Source of the DNA: Octopus vulgaris
Taxonomy: Eukaryota
Direction: 5' to 3'
Assembly: GCA_951406725.2 (NCBI GenBank)
Contig: OX597815.1
Location: 197,408,001-197,472,000, forward strand
DNA length: 64,000 nt
The position numbers were made by a program, and so were the translations under genes. Position 1 is the first letter of the stretch, and every line of letters begins with the position of its first letter. Positions 52,679-64,000 of the stretch are shown here, one piece after another. A model generated the notes under the pieces. That model had not been told where the DNA came from and did not search any database. It was given only the letters and a program-made list of their open reading frames with translations.

Positions 52679-53063
52679 TCTTTCTATATATAAACGGCAG
52701 TTTGTCTGTGCGTGTTTCTGTGTGTCTGTTTTCTCGTACCCTCACCCTGACCACGGCTTTCAACCGATTCTGATGAAACTTGACACACGCATAGCCCAAT
52801 GTCATAATTCAAAACTAACGCAGCGAAAATTTTGAAAAGTTCCCCCAGTTCTGAAAAAAATCGATAAATTCGACATGGGGTCGAGAATAAAAAAAAACAA
52901 ACCACAGACTGTCTAGGGGACGCAACTCAACCTTTTTTACTCTCAAAAAAAATTTACGATCATTTTTTTTCCATTTTTTTGCTATTTTTTGGCTATAACT
53001 CTCTAAAGATGCTTTATAGTTATTTCCCTTACAAACCTGAGCAACGCCGGGCGATACTGCTAG
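52679..53063 (+). mobile_element. Non-autonomous Helitron
   Basis: 5' TC (TCTTTCTATATATAAA), subterminal hairpin-like CCTGAGCAACGCCGGG, 3' CTAG; inserted between A and T with no target-site duplication. Confidence 0.8.
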
Positions 53064-54086
53064 TCATAAATAATAAATAATTTTGGAAATAATTAATCTC
53101 CATTGTCGAAGTCAACACGTTCTCAATAGGTTCTTATATTCTAGTTATCACTAAACCTCTGTATATCCCTCATGAATTTGAAATATGAGCAATCAGTAGC
53201 ATTGCCAAAACAGTAGAGAGATTCATCATATAACACGGTGCAAAATTTCCTAGAAAAGTGTCATAATGTTCCTTCATACTGAACAGATTTATGGAAGAAA
53301 ATATCTAATATTCTTAAGAACTGAATAAATGATTATAGACTGTGTTATTTGGATAGTGTGGCAACATGATATATATTGATACCATTTTCACGTAAGGAAG
53401 TGTGTAGCCTGGTTTTACCAAATTTACCAAATTTTCTCTTGATTCAGAAATTAAAACTGAATAAAACGTATTAATAATTTTATCGTATGGTTGAAAATTT
53501 AATTGCCAAATGAGTTTTAATGTTTGATGCATGGAAAATTCAAGTAGAATGTAAACTTCTGATAATTGATTAATTAAAATAACAGCAAATATTTTGCAAT
53601 GGAAAGCTGATCAAAGTAAATATAGTTTGAAATTCTAACCAGCGCAGTTTTCAACTCCCGTAAATTTGCCAAATATGTTTCGACATGATCGATGAACTAG
53701 ATTAAATTGATGGCTCGGATAACTTAAATGCATCATACATTATTTGGTTAGTCAGGATAAATGTCCAATGATTTGACGAGTGCTGACTTGTACAAGCTAA
53801 CCAAAAATGAGAAGCTCTCCAGTTAGAAAGCTACAGGATATTGGAGCGTGACCGGAATTCAGCTTACACATGAAGTAGGGAAGGAATAACGGAAACATTA
53901 ATCACGTTTAATTTGAAATGCATTAATCATTTGAATATTAACACCTATTTAGCAGTTAATGCTATTAAATGAACTATTTAGTTAAATGTTTTAGCGACTT
54001 TCTGGAAACTAGCCCAAATCTCCCATGATATTTATACATTACTTATATTACTAAAGAATTGACATTTCTTAAAGTTACCAAAGACG

Positions 54087-54156
<70 letters not shown>

Positions 54157-54621
54157 GTATATATATGTGTATGTATGTATGTATAGCTCACTAAGTGAAT
54201 TGGATTTTGAATTGAAAATTTAAGCTACATACCTGAATTATCTGGCGTTGAGAAAATTATAAAGATGTAAATTAGTTTAAAATTTTGACACAAGGCTTGT
54301 AATTTTTGGTGGACGAGGTTAGTTGAATATATTGACCCCCCCAGTACATTGGTACATTATTTTCACGAATCAGAAGGGATGAATTGTGGAGTCGAACTCG
54401 GTGGAACTTCAAAAAATAATGTAAATGGTCGTAATAAAGTGAGCCAATTATTTGGTCCGACGTGCTAAGGATTACGCCAGCTCACCGCCTTAACAGGCAT
54501 ATATATATTTCAATGTGTATAAAGAAAAAAGTAAATCATGATATTTCTAGAGTTTCTGGCGTCGTAAGGGTGGTACATACAATCACACATACACTTGCAC
54601 AGTATACACACACATACACAA

Positions 54622-54668
<47 letters not shown>

Positions 54669-54722
54669 GTGAATTGAAGAAATGGAGCTGAACGCAGATT
54701 GAACAGAAATCGTTTTATTTCA

Positions 54723-54802
54723 TTCTACACGTGTTTCGAAAGGCACAAATTACCAAAATCCGATGGAATAATGGGACCATATTGTGTCTTTCTCTTCAGG
54801 AA
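54723..54802 (-). ncRNA. Type I hammerhead ribozyme (left arm)
   Basis: Reverse complement of 54926-55005. Confidence 0.85.
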
Positions 54803-54925
54803 GAAAATAGGAAATCCGTTGGAAAAACAAAAACAGAACAGAGGCGGAGCAAAAACAAATCGAACTATGCTCCTAAGAGCCCATGGCGAAACTCTTTTTG
54901 TTTTTCCAACGGATTTCCTATTTTC

Positions 54926-55005
54926 TTCCTGAAGAGAAAGACACAATATGGTCCCATTATTCCATCGGATTTTGGTAATTTGTGCCTTTCGAAACACGTG
55001 TAGAA
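54926..55005 (+). ncRNA. Type I hammerhead ribozyme (right arm)
   Basis: TTC-CTGAAGA-GAAAGACACAA...TTGTGCCTTTC-GAAA-CACGTG-TA-GAA; canonical core; GUA cleavage site. Confidence 0.85.
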
Positions 55006-55311
55006 TGAAATAAAACGATTTCTGTTCAATCTGCGTTCAGCTCCATTTCTTCAATTCACCAATAATGTTCTAATTTCAATTATCCGCACCAACGCACGGT
55101 TGCAACACCATATGGTTGTACCTCCAGCCGTGCTGTTTTACTGCTGTGATTTTTGCTACTAAGGTATCGGTTAAACTTTTGATTAATCTACTACAAGATT
55201 ATTCATCTTTCTATTTCACATAAATTATATATATATATATATACATATGCATACATACATACACACACGTATATGTTTATATATGTATATGTAAATATAT
55301 ATGTATATGTA

Positions 55312-55364
<53 letters not shown>

Positions 55365-55367
55365 CTA

Positions 55368-55422
<55 letters not shown>

Positions 55423-56777
55423 GATAATATTTAAACATTTTGGCACCGGATCAGCAGTTTTTGTGGAAAGGGGAAACCCGATTGCATCGACGCCAGTACT
55501 TAACTGGCACTTATTCTATCGACCTCGAAAGAATGAAAGAGAAAGTCGACCTCGGCAGATTTGGGGCACAGAATGTGAAGACGGACGAAATGGTATTAGC
55601 TACTTTGTTCTGCAACTATATCCGTTTACTTTAGAAAAGCATCTACTGAAAAGCATCTACTGATTTCCAGCCAACCATTTAAAAGTTATTCTTAATAGGT
55701 TTTGAGGCAGAAATGTAAATATCTTACTTTTCTCACCGATATTATTTGAAGAAGATTGTCGATGCTTTTAGGTAAGAATTTATAAGATCTGGATTTCGGT
55801 TGTCTGAGAGAACATGACTTATTGCAAATGCGAAAGTTATATGACACTTAGTTCAAGTAATAAGATGTCTCGCTAGCATGGAACTCTCTCGAGCAGTTTC
55901 CACTATCTCGTATTTAATACATTTACAATAATAGATACCGAATTGAAAATTATGTACATATTACTTAGTGAAATGAAAACATTATTGAAAACATTCCCAT
56001 TTCCTCAAATCTTTATTACATATTCATCAATATTTAAAACCGATAACACTAAATTTTCTTATCTGATCTACCTCCAGTAATACAAATCTTTTCACTCTGG
56101 CGAACAAAATAACTTTTATCTAAGCAAGCGAAATATGTTTTATAATTAATTCTTCGTTATTCAGTTTCTCTTTCATTTCACTTAATAATCTGTGACCAAT
56201 GGCGCTTTGATCACTGCTTGTTCTACTAAGAAAAAAATAATAACATACTCATACTGTGCATCACTTTATACTTAACTTCATCCATGCTCTTTCTTGATAT
56301 TATATTCATTACAGGAAAGTGAATTGTATGATATATGTAATAATTGATTGAGCGAACTGCTTTCATATCTCTTTCGAACAGAAATTCTACAACTATAGTA
56401 TACATAATGTTGTCATAATACAGACAGTTTTGAAATTCCATTTAAATATGTGAATAACATCTGCTTTAAGTACTTCTCATTTATTGAAATTTATTCATAA
56501 TTTACTCGTTATCGAAAACATTCATTTTTTTTCAGTTCTTCAATTAACGATCACTGTATAAAATATTATTTGCGTACATCATTAAATACATCCACAAATA
56601 CTTGAGTGACCCTTATCCATAATATTGCTTTATTTCAAGTATTTTAAACCGGAATATTTTTGTTTTGGGTTTATGTAAAATGCTGCCAGCGAAGACCTAC
56701 CCGAAATCACGTTTTTCAAGGAAAAATTACATTTGCTTACTAACCAAATGACATGGTGATAGTAAGTCGTATACATT

Positions 56778-56990
56778 AAGGCGGTGAACTGGCAGAATCG
56801 CTAATACGCAGAGCAAAATATTCAGCTGCATTTTCTTTACGTTCTGAGTTCAAATTCCGCCGAGCACGACTTTGATATTCATCCTCATGGGGTTGAGAAA
56901 ATAAGTAACAATTGATCACTGGGGTCGCTGTAATCGTGTAGCTATCGCCTCATAGATTCTGGCCTTTTGCCAAAATTTGAAACCGATAAC
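56778..56990 (+). mobile_element. SINE family 3
   Basis: AAGGCGGTGAACTGGCAGAATCG...TTACGTTCTGAGTTCAAATTCCGCCGAG. Confidence 0.8.
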
Positions 56991-57696
56991 TAAGTGGTAT
57001 ACATTGGGGATTTCCAAAAACAGAGAAACAAACATTCCCCATTGGTTTCACTATCCACCAATCTCAACATCATGCATGCGGATTTAATTTGTGTTAATTC
57101 GTTCTCAATTTATGATAATTATAATCACATCTTTTGTGACTCATTAGCAAATGCAGCTAGTGTGATATTTTCTCTCTCACGCTGAGAGGAATTTACAATT
57201 TAAGATTTATTGCCTACACTACTGAGTGTGTGCGCATTGCAGTGGCGTATTTAGATGTCTCCGGTGGACGATATGTTTTCACTATGCAAATTGATATCAG
57301 AAATTAACTGGCAACGGATATTCATTATGTAAAATCCAATATTTAATTATCTATTGGCTTTTAGTGTCGAATACGAGATCCAGAAGTAGTGAGAAATGGC
57401 CCGTGGCTTTCAGCTTCATTTCAAACAACCATCAGATTACAATTCATTCTTAATTATTGAAATTACCCGCTCATTTATTTATGAAGCGCTAACTAATACC
57501 TCTACAATCTTCATTACTCTAAGAGGTAAATTATAATTCATTAAGAATTCATTGTGGATCTTATACAGTACATCCAAAGTCTCAGTCTATACCATTTTAT
57601 TAGTTGAATTATTTCTCGAAGTTCAGATAGAAGAAATACAAAGAACGTTGTTCTAAATATTTGAACCATAAGATGTTTTTGCTAACCTTATGAACC

Positions 57697-57933
57697 TTTA
57701 CTCTTTTACTCTTTTACTTGTTTCAGTCAGTTGACTGCGGCCATGCTGGAGCACCACCTTTGAATCGAGCAACTCGATCCCGGGACTTATTCATTTGTAA
57801 GCCCAGTACTTATTCTATCGGTCTCTTTTTGCCGAACCGCTAAGTAACGGGGACATAAACACACCAGCATCGGTTGTTAAGCAATGCTAGGAGGACAAAA
57901 ACAGACACACAAACACACACACGCACACACACA

Positions 57934-57985
<52 letters not shown>

Positions 57986-58151
57986 TACGACGGGCTTCTT
58001 TCAGTTTCCGTCTACCAAATCCGCTCACAAGGCTTTGGTCGGCCCGAGGCTATATTAGAAGACACTTACCCAAGGTGCCACGCAGTGGGACTGAACCCGG
58101 AACCATGTGGTTGGTAAACAAGCTACTTACCACACAGCCACTCCTGCGCCT
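57697..58151 (-). mobile_element. SINE family 1, full length
   Basis: Reverse complement of the head, microsatellite and tail with GTAAAAGA repeats. Confidence 0.9.
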
Positions 58152-58849
58152 TATTAATAAAGTGAATTATATTTCTATTTTACGGACTCAGTAGAATAAC
58201 ATGGCATTTTGATGGGAATCAGCGTTCTGATTACGAACACGAGGTTTTGTAGTACGGATTTGAAAAATGAAAAATTTTATTTTAGTTTCAATATATTGGA
58301 AATTAGCCTTTTTCCTGACCATAATTATCGAATTCAAAAACTATTTTCTTTGTTCCTGTAAATAAGACGAAATTTATGATTCATTAGGACATGTTTCCTT
58401 ATATAAGTCCATCATTGTACACCTATACAATGATTTATCAGATGCGTACCCCTGGCTACAGTTTTTATTATTCATACACCGGATGTATCGTGGGAATGTA
58501 GAAAACATGGAAATAAATGTCAGAACAAAATATACTGTTCTCAAGTATCGACTAGGGCTGATAAATGCACGATGATCACTTTCATACGCGCAAAGAATAT
58601 CTCTTAGATAAGAACTGCAGAGAGAAAGGGAGGTGGCAAGCTAAGAAGAATTGGAGAAGGAAGAAAATGTGAGTAATTTAGCGTGTATGCGCATGCGTGA
58701 GCGTTTGTGAATATGTATGGGTGTAATTGTGCCTTTTAATGAGGGAATGTTGTGGGGTAGAAAGTGTGTGAGTTTCTGTAAAAAAGAATATATATATACG
58801 TGTGCGGTTGGCTATATATGGGAGGTAGAGCGTATGTGTTATTTTAATA

Positions 58850-59845
58850 TGTGGTAGGACCACCTTTGGCAGTAATTACTGCTTGAATTCTACGAGATGT
58901 GGACTCGTACAAAGTTTGAATTGTTTCCAAAGGAATTTTTGTCCATTCTTCAGCTAAAACAGTCTCCGGTTCTTGTAATGATGATGGTGGAAGATATCGA
59001 CTCGTTACTTCTTTTTCTAAAATGCACCATAAATGTTGAAGAATATTGATATCTGGGGACTATGGTGGCCAGATAAGATATTCAACTTCACTAGAATGTT
59101 CCTCGCACCATTCAGTAACAACTTTAGCGGTGTGAATTGGTGCATTATCATCCTGAAAGACTGCATTTCCCTCCGGAAACAGTCCCGCAAACATAGGTTG
59201 AATTTGATGAAATAAAATGCTTAAATAGTCTTCATTATTCATTCTGCCATGAAGGGAATCCATTTGGCGGGCGGATTTCCAAGATATAGCCCCCCACCAC
59301 CACCACACACACACACATCACCACTGATCCTGCTCCATGTTTAACAGTTGGAAAAAGGCAGTCTGGATCAAAAGCTTCTTTTGACTTTTGACTTTCTACA
59401 CACGTATACTCAGACGCTGATCGGAAATAAGGTAACGAATGACTCACCCGAGAAAATAACATTCTTCCACTGCTTTAAGGACAAACTCTGTAGGTTTTTA
59501 CTCCACTCTAAAAGCTTTGCATCGTTTGTATTTGAAAGTAGTGGTTTTCTGATTACAGCCCTCCCGTGAAATCCGGCTTCGTACAGCTCCCGGCGAACAT
59601 ATTTTATGGGAACTGGGTTCTCGAGGTGGTCATCAAGCTCTGCAGTAATTTTGGCAGCTGAACGGTTTTGATCCATTTTCTAAAAATTCGCGTTAGAATC
59701 AGACAGTCCCTATCTGAATGTTTTGGTTTTCTTCCGGAGTTTTTTTCGACGAGAAAGTTTTTGCCTGCTTCTCAAACACTGTCATTACTTTCAAGACAGT
59801 ACTTCTTGATACACCAAACATTTCGGCTGTTACGCTAGCCCCTGC
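58850..59845 (-). mobile_element. Tc1-like transposon remnant
   Basis: WKNVIFSGESF, KHGAGSV, FQDDNAPIHTAK and WPP*SPDIN motifs. Confidence 0.85.
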
Positions 59846-59995
59846 CATTATTTTGTACAACTCCTGTATATGTTTATATGAAGGTATACACATTCGGATG
59901 TTGGATTTGAGTAGCTATATGTGTGTTAACGTGACGGTGTATGTGAATATGTCTGTGCACTCTGGTGTTCGTGGGGCGGGGTGACAAGAGATGAG

Positions 59996-60182
59996 ATGCG
60001 TGCGTGTGATTTTTTGACCAACAGTATGAGATCTTCTTTAGCAATAGGATCCAAACACTGCAACGCCAACGGAAGATAAGTGCGGATCGCTAAGGGGTAC
60101 AATGTCAAAGGAAACAAACCTCATTTGGCCACGTTCCATGAAAGTGTCTTGGTCAGCCGATGGATTTTCCAGTCGACCATCG
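59996..60182 (+). mobile_element. Mariner 3' end remnant (irritans-like)
   Basis: FFDQQ..FFSNRIQTLQ; TIR-like end TTTTCCAGTCGACCATCG-TA. Confidence 0.55.
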
Positions 60183-60189
60183 TATGTGC

Positions 60190-61250
60190 ATTTGTGAGAG
60201 TTGTGTATATGAAAACGGTGTTCAGAGTTAGAAGGTATGAGGCATTTGAGTGTGGTGACTATATATGCAAGGATATGCATATATGCATGAGGCAAAATGA
60301 CAGAGTGTGGGGGGGGGGGGTAAGGAATGCATTGTGTGTATAAACATGACAGTGCATATAGGTGCTTGAAAAGAAGTTTGTAGAAGATATGAGGATTGTA
60401 TATGTGTGAGAGGTATAGAGTAGTAGGAAAAGATATGACCGCGAGGGATGTGTTGGTGTGTGAAGGAAATAGTGTTGATGTGTTAAGGGAATAGTGTTGG
60501 TGTGTTAAGGGAATAGGGCTGGTCTATTAAGGGAATAGTGTTGGTGTGTTAAGGGAATAGGGCTGGTCTATTAAGGGAATAGTGTTGGTGTGTTAAGGGA
60601 ATAGGGCTGGTCTATTAAGGGAATAGTGTTGGTGTGTTAAGGGAATAGGGCTGGTCTATTAAGGGAATAGTGTTGGTGTGTTAAGGGAATAGGGCTGGTC
60701 TATTAAGGGAATAGTGTTGGTGTGTTAAGGGAATAGGGCTGGTCTATTAAGGGAATAGTGTTGGTGTGTTAAGGGAATAGGGCTGGTCTATTAAGGGAAT
60801 AGTGTTGGTGTGTTAAGGGAATAGGGCTGGTCTATTAAGGGAATAGTGTTGGTGTGTTAAGGGAATAGGGCTGGTCTATTAAGGGAATAGTGTTGGTGTG
60901 TTAAGGGAATAGGGCTGGTCTATTAAGGGAATAGTGCTGATGTGCATTTGAGGTTCGTAGAGTCAGAGGTATGTAGTGTAGAGGGTATGTTCAAAAGTGG
61001 GTTACATGCGTGCGGCTGTGTAGACGGGGAAATGAGAAAAAACGGGGTACAGTGATGGACGAAGTGGACACACAAAGTCAAGTATTGAGGTGAAAAATAT
61101 AAACGGAAATCATATATCTGGGTAGATAAAATGAGAAACATTCACTTTGATTGTGAACTGTGCGGTATCTGCAGTGGTGGTCACACCGAAGACCGAGAAC
61201 CATTGTGTATAATCGGTAGCGGATTGGAAATATCGTCAATTAGGCGACAA
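60190..61250 (-). mobile_element. Decayed PLE 3' region (end of GIY-YIG plus 3' UTR)
   Basis: YFQSATDYTQWFSVFG resembles HFRSTGHSLQHLSVFG; LILSTQIYDFRLYFSP resembles LIFSLRSYTPFGLNSP; similar G/T-rich UTR skew. Confidence 0.4.
60463..60944. repeat. 44-bp dimeric minisatellite (two alternating 22-mers, about 10 dimers)
   Basis: AAGGGAATAGTGTTGGTGTGTT alternating with AAGGGAATAGGGCTGGTCTATT. Confidence 0.95.
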
Positions 61251-61289
61251 ATTACCAACTCTAATGGCTCTGATATGCTTATGCTAATG

Positions 61290-61520
61290 CCTATTTCTTT
61301 ACTACCCAGAAGGGGCTAAACACAGAGGGGACAAACAAGGACAGACACACGGATTAAGTCAATTATATCGACACCAGTGCGTAACTGGTACTTGTTTAAT
61401 CGACTCCGAAAGGGTGAAAGGCGAAGTCGACCTCGGCGGAGTTTGAACTCAGAACGTAACGGCAGACGAAATACCACTAAGCATTTCGCCCGGCGTGCTA
61501 ACGTTTCTGTCAGCTCACCA
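61290..61520 (-). mobile_element. SINE family 3, full length
   Basis: Reverse complement of GGTGAGCTGACAGAAACGTTAGCACGCCGGGCGAAATGC...GGTAGTAAAGAAATA. Confidence 0.85.
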
Positions 61521-62659
61521 ATAATGCTAATGCCATGGGCAAGAAAGTGCCAATAATCGAAAGACTTGGGAAGATCGCTGTGTAAAGTGGTTGGGTTTAA
61601 TCGCTGGAGAAAATGGTTATACTCAAACACCTACTTTCCCCGGAAGGGTCATTGAAGTACTGACTAATAGAAATTGTTTTTCCCTTCTGCGAGCTGATGT
61701 TTCCGCCGAGCCAACCCGAAATACGGCCCAAAGAGAAGGAGCTATCCTGTAAGGTGTATGGAGAAACTCTTTGCACCCTAAACCTCATTCTGAACTGATG
61801 CCTTAGGGTAGAGGGAAAAGGCCAATATAAGTGGAGCATGACGACTTACTAACAGAAATTGCCAACTGAATGGATAAGAAGAGAATAATGGCTAACAAAG
61901 AGTACTATCATCACGCAAGAAAACTGTTTCCAAAATGAATTTTACAATGTTCCCAAGATACAAGTATTGGTAGGGGACTCGTGTCATAACTTGCATGAAG
62001 AATCATGTTTGAAGAAAGAATGAAACTGATAAGAAAATCTCATCTTCAAATAGGTTTTTATTGCCATGCAAAGCAGTGAACACAATTATCGTCAGGGATT
62101 AAAAAATTGACATTTTTCACCAACTAACGAAAACCAGATATAAACTCCTACTCAAATTCTATTGAAAAAAATTACTCGGTGTTCCACCAAAAGTTCCATA
62201 TCGAACGGTTTTTTGGAACTAAAAGAACTGACGCATTAGTTGTGATGTTCCTACGTGTTCAGTAAGAGCAGACACATACACATACACACGGGCATGTGAC
62301 AATCACAAAACTATATCTACATATAATATTATTTGAGTTTGTGCGTGTTTGCACATAGGTATATACGTTTTTTCACTTGCTCTTTGTATAACAAGCTATA
62401 AACTTCAACAAAATAAACAAAAAAAGTTACAATTTTACAATGTAGTCGTAAAATTTCTAGTATCCACAGGTATGCATACACACACAAACATACAAAGGCA
62501 CACACACACACACAAACAGAGGCGCACAAACACACGCATAAACACAGCACATATGTGTATAAGTATATATATATATATGTATGTATATATATATATATAT
62601 ATATGGCAGTGCCCCAGCATGGCCACAGCTCATGAGCTGAAACTAGAATCAATCAATCA

Positions 62660-62695
<36 letters not shown>

Positions 62696-62733
62696 CATAT
62701 ATATGTGTAAGTATATGTATGTATGTATATACC

Positions 62734-62779
<46 letters not shown>

Positions 62780-62800
62780 AGTATATGTATGTATATACCC

Positions 62801-62978
<178 letters not shown>

Positions 62979-63717
62979 TAATTCAGTCTTCTGATGTTTA
63001 TACCAGTACGCTAAAAGTGTTCGTGTTTCCTCGTGTTGCTCTTAATTTTACTCGTCGATAATAATTTTTATAAAAGACGCTAAGAAAAATGAAAATATAT
63101 TATACATACATACATATATGTGTGTGTGTGTGTACATATGTGTGTGTGTGTGTGTGTGTTTGTCATTTACGAGGATGCGTGTACAATAATTGCTTATACC
63201 GCTCAAAGTTCTTTTTCTTCGTTTAGTTCTTCTCCGTCTTCTGACAACACCAATAACTAGTATTACCACTACTACTACTACAACAACAACCACTACTGCT
63301 ACTACCACTACTACAACAATGCTACAATATAATCATTTACTCTATAGTATTGTAAAACCTTCTTCGGCTGTAAAATTTTTATTTACAGAAAATGAAATTA
63401 TAAACTTTCTTTTATTTCAGTAACTTTTAAGAAAGAGGTTTCTACACCTACTAAATTTGGACAGTGCGATTTTAACGAAAGAAATATCAATATAGCACAC
63501 CATATAAATTTGAAATGTATGCTATTCAACCGGGAAGTGTTATATACGTAGGTAAATGTAATCTCGCTCGCAAAAGCGTGAACACATAATCACGTACACT
63601 TCATATAACCACACACATGCACAAACTGACACAAGTACACACCATACATACTTACATTTCCATCCTCTTTCTCCCGATATATATATACCTGTGTGTATGT
63701 GTGTGTATGTAGATATA

Positions 63718-63765
<48 letters not shown>

Positions 63766-64000
63766 TAACAGAACAGAGAGTGAGAATGAGAGAAAGAGGT
63801 GCCCCAAAAAATAAACATGCATATACGACATCAATATATACATATACACGCAAATATTTACTTGCCAAGCATGTTATTATGTATTTGGATGTACATATAT
63901 ATATATATGTATGTGATTGCATATATGTGTGTGGTGTGCGTATATTTGTGTGTGTGCGCGTGTGCTTGTGCACGTGCGTACCTGCGTACGTGTGTGTGTG

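Larger units (their letters stand above)
54662..55226. mobile_element. Young PLE-terminus fold-back: perfect 172-bp arms, 61-bp spacer, 160-bp right tail, inserted in (TA)n
   Basis: 54662-54833 is the exact reverse complement of 54895-55066. Confidence 0.9.

Noticed and set aside
54699-55003. Mirror-image 90-aa ORFs on both strands
   Set aside because: A trivial consequence of the perfect inverted repeat; no coding signature
60463-60944. CRISPR-like repeat/spacer appearance
   Set aside because: The 'spacers' are just two alternating sequences, there are no cas genes, and the context is eukaryotic

Overview
AT-rich, microsatellite-dense eukaryotic DNA, intergenic or intronic, almost entirely made of repeats. 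The SINE repertoire looks like Octopus/coleoid cephalopod; this is inferred from recognition, not from a search. No confident host-gene CDS is present. Main content: (1) a near-intact Penelope-like retroelement (PLE) on the minus strand (43479-49437) with RT, Cys linker and C-terminal GIY-YIG, in partial tandem arrangement; (2) several mariner/Tc1 copies, a non-autonomous Helitron, hAT and pogo relics, CR1/L2-type LINE 3' ends and about 30 SINE copies from three tRNA-derived families plus one unassigned family. The most interesting signal is a dense set of type I hammerhead-ribozyme motifs (8 clear, 1 degenerate, 2 half-motifs) from several sequence families. Many sit in small non-coding fold-back units (inverted arms plus a one-sided tail) embedded in microsatellites. 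A candidate secreted Cys-rich peptide ORF lies at 26484-26744 (-). All alignments and folds were done by eye.
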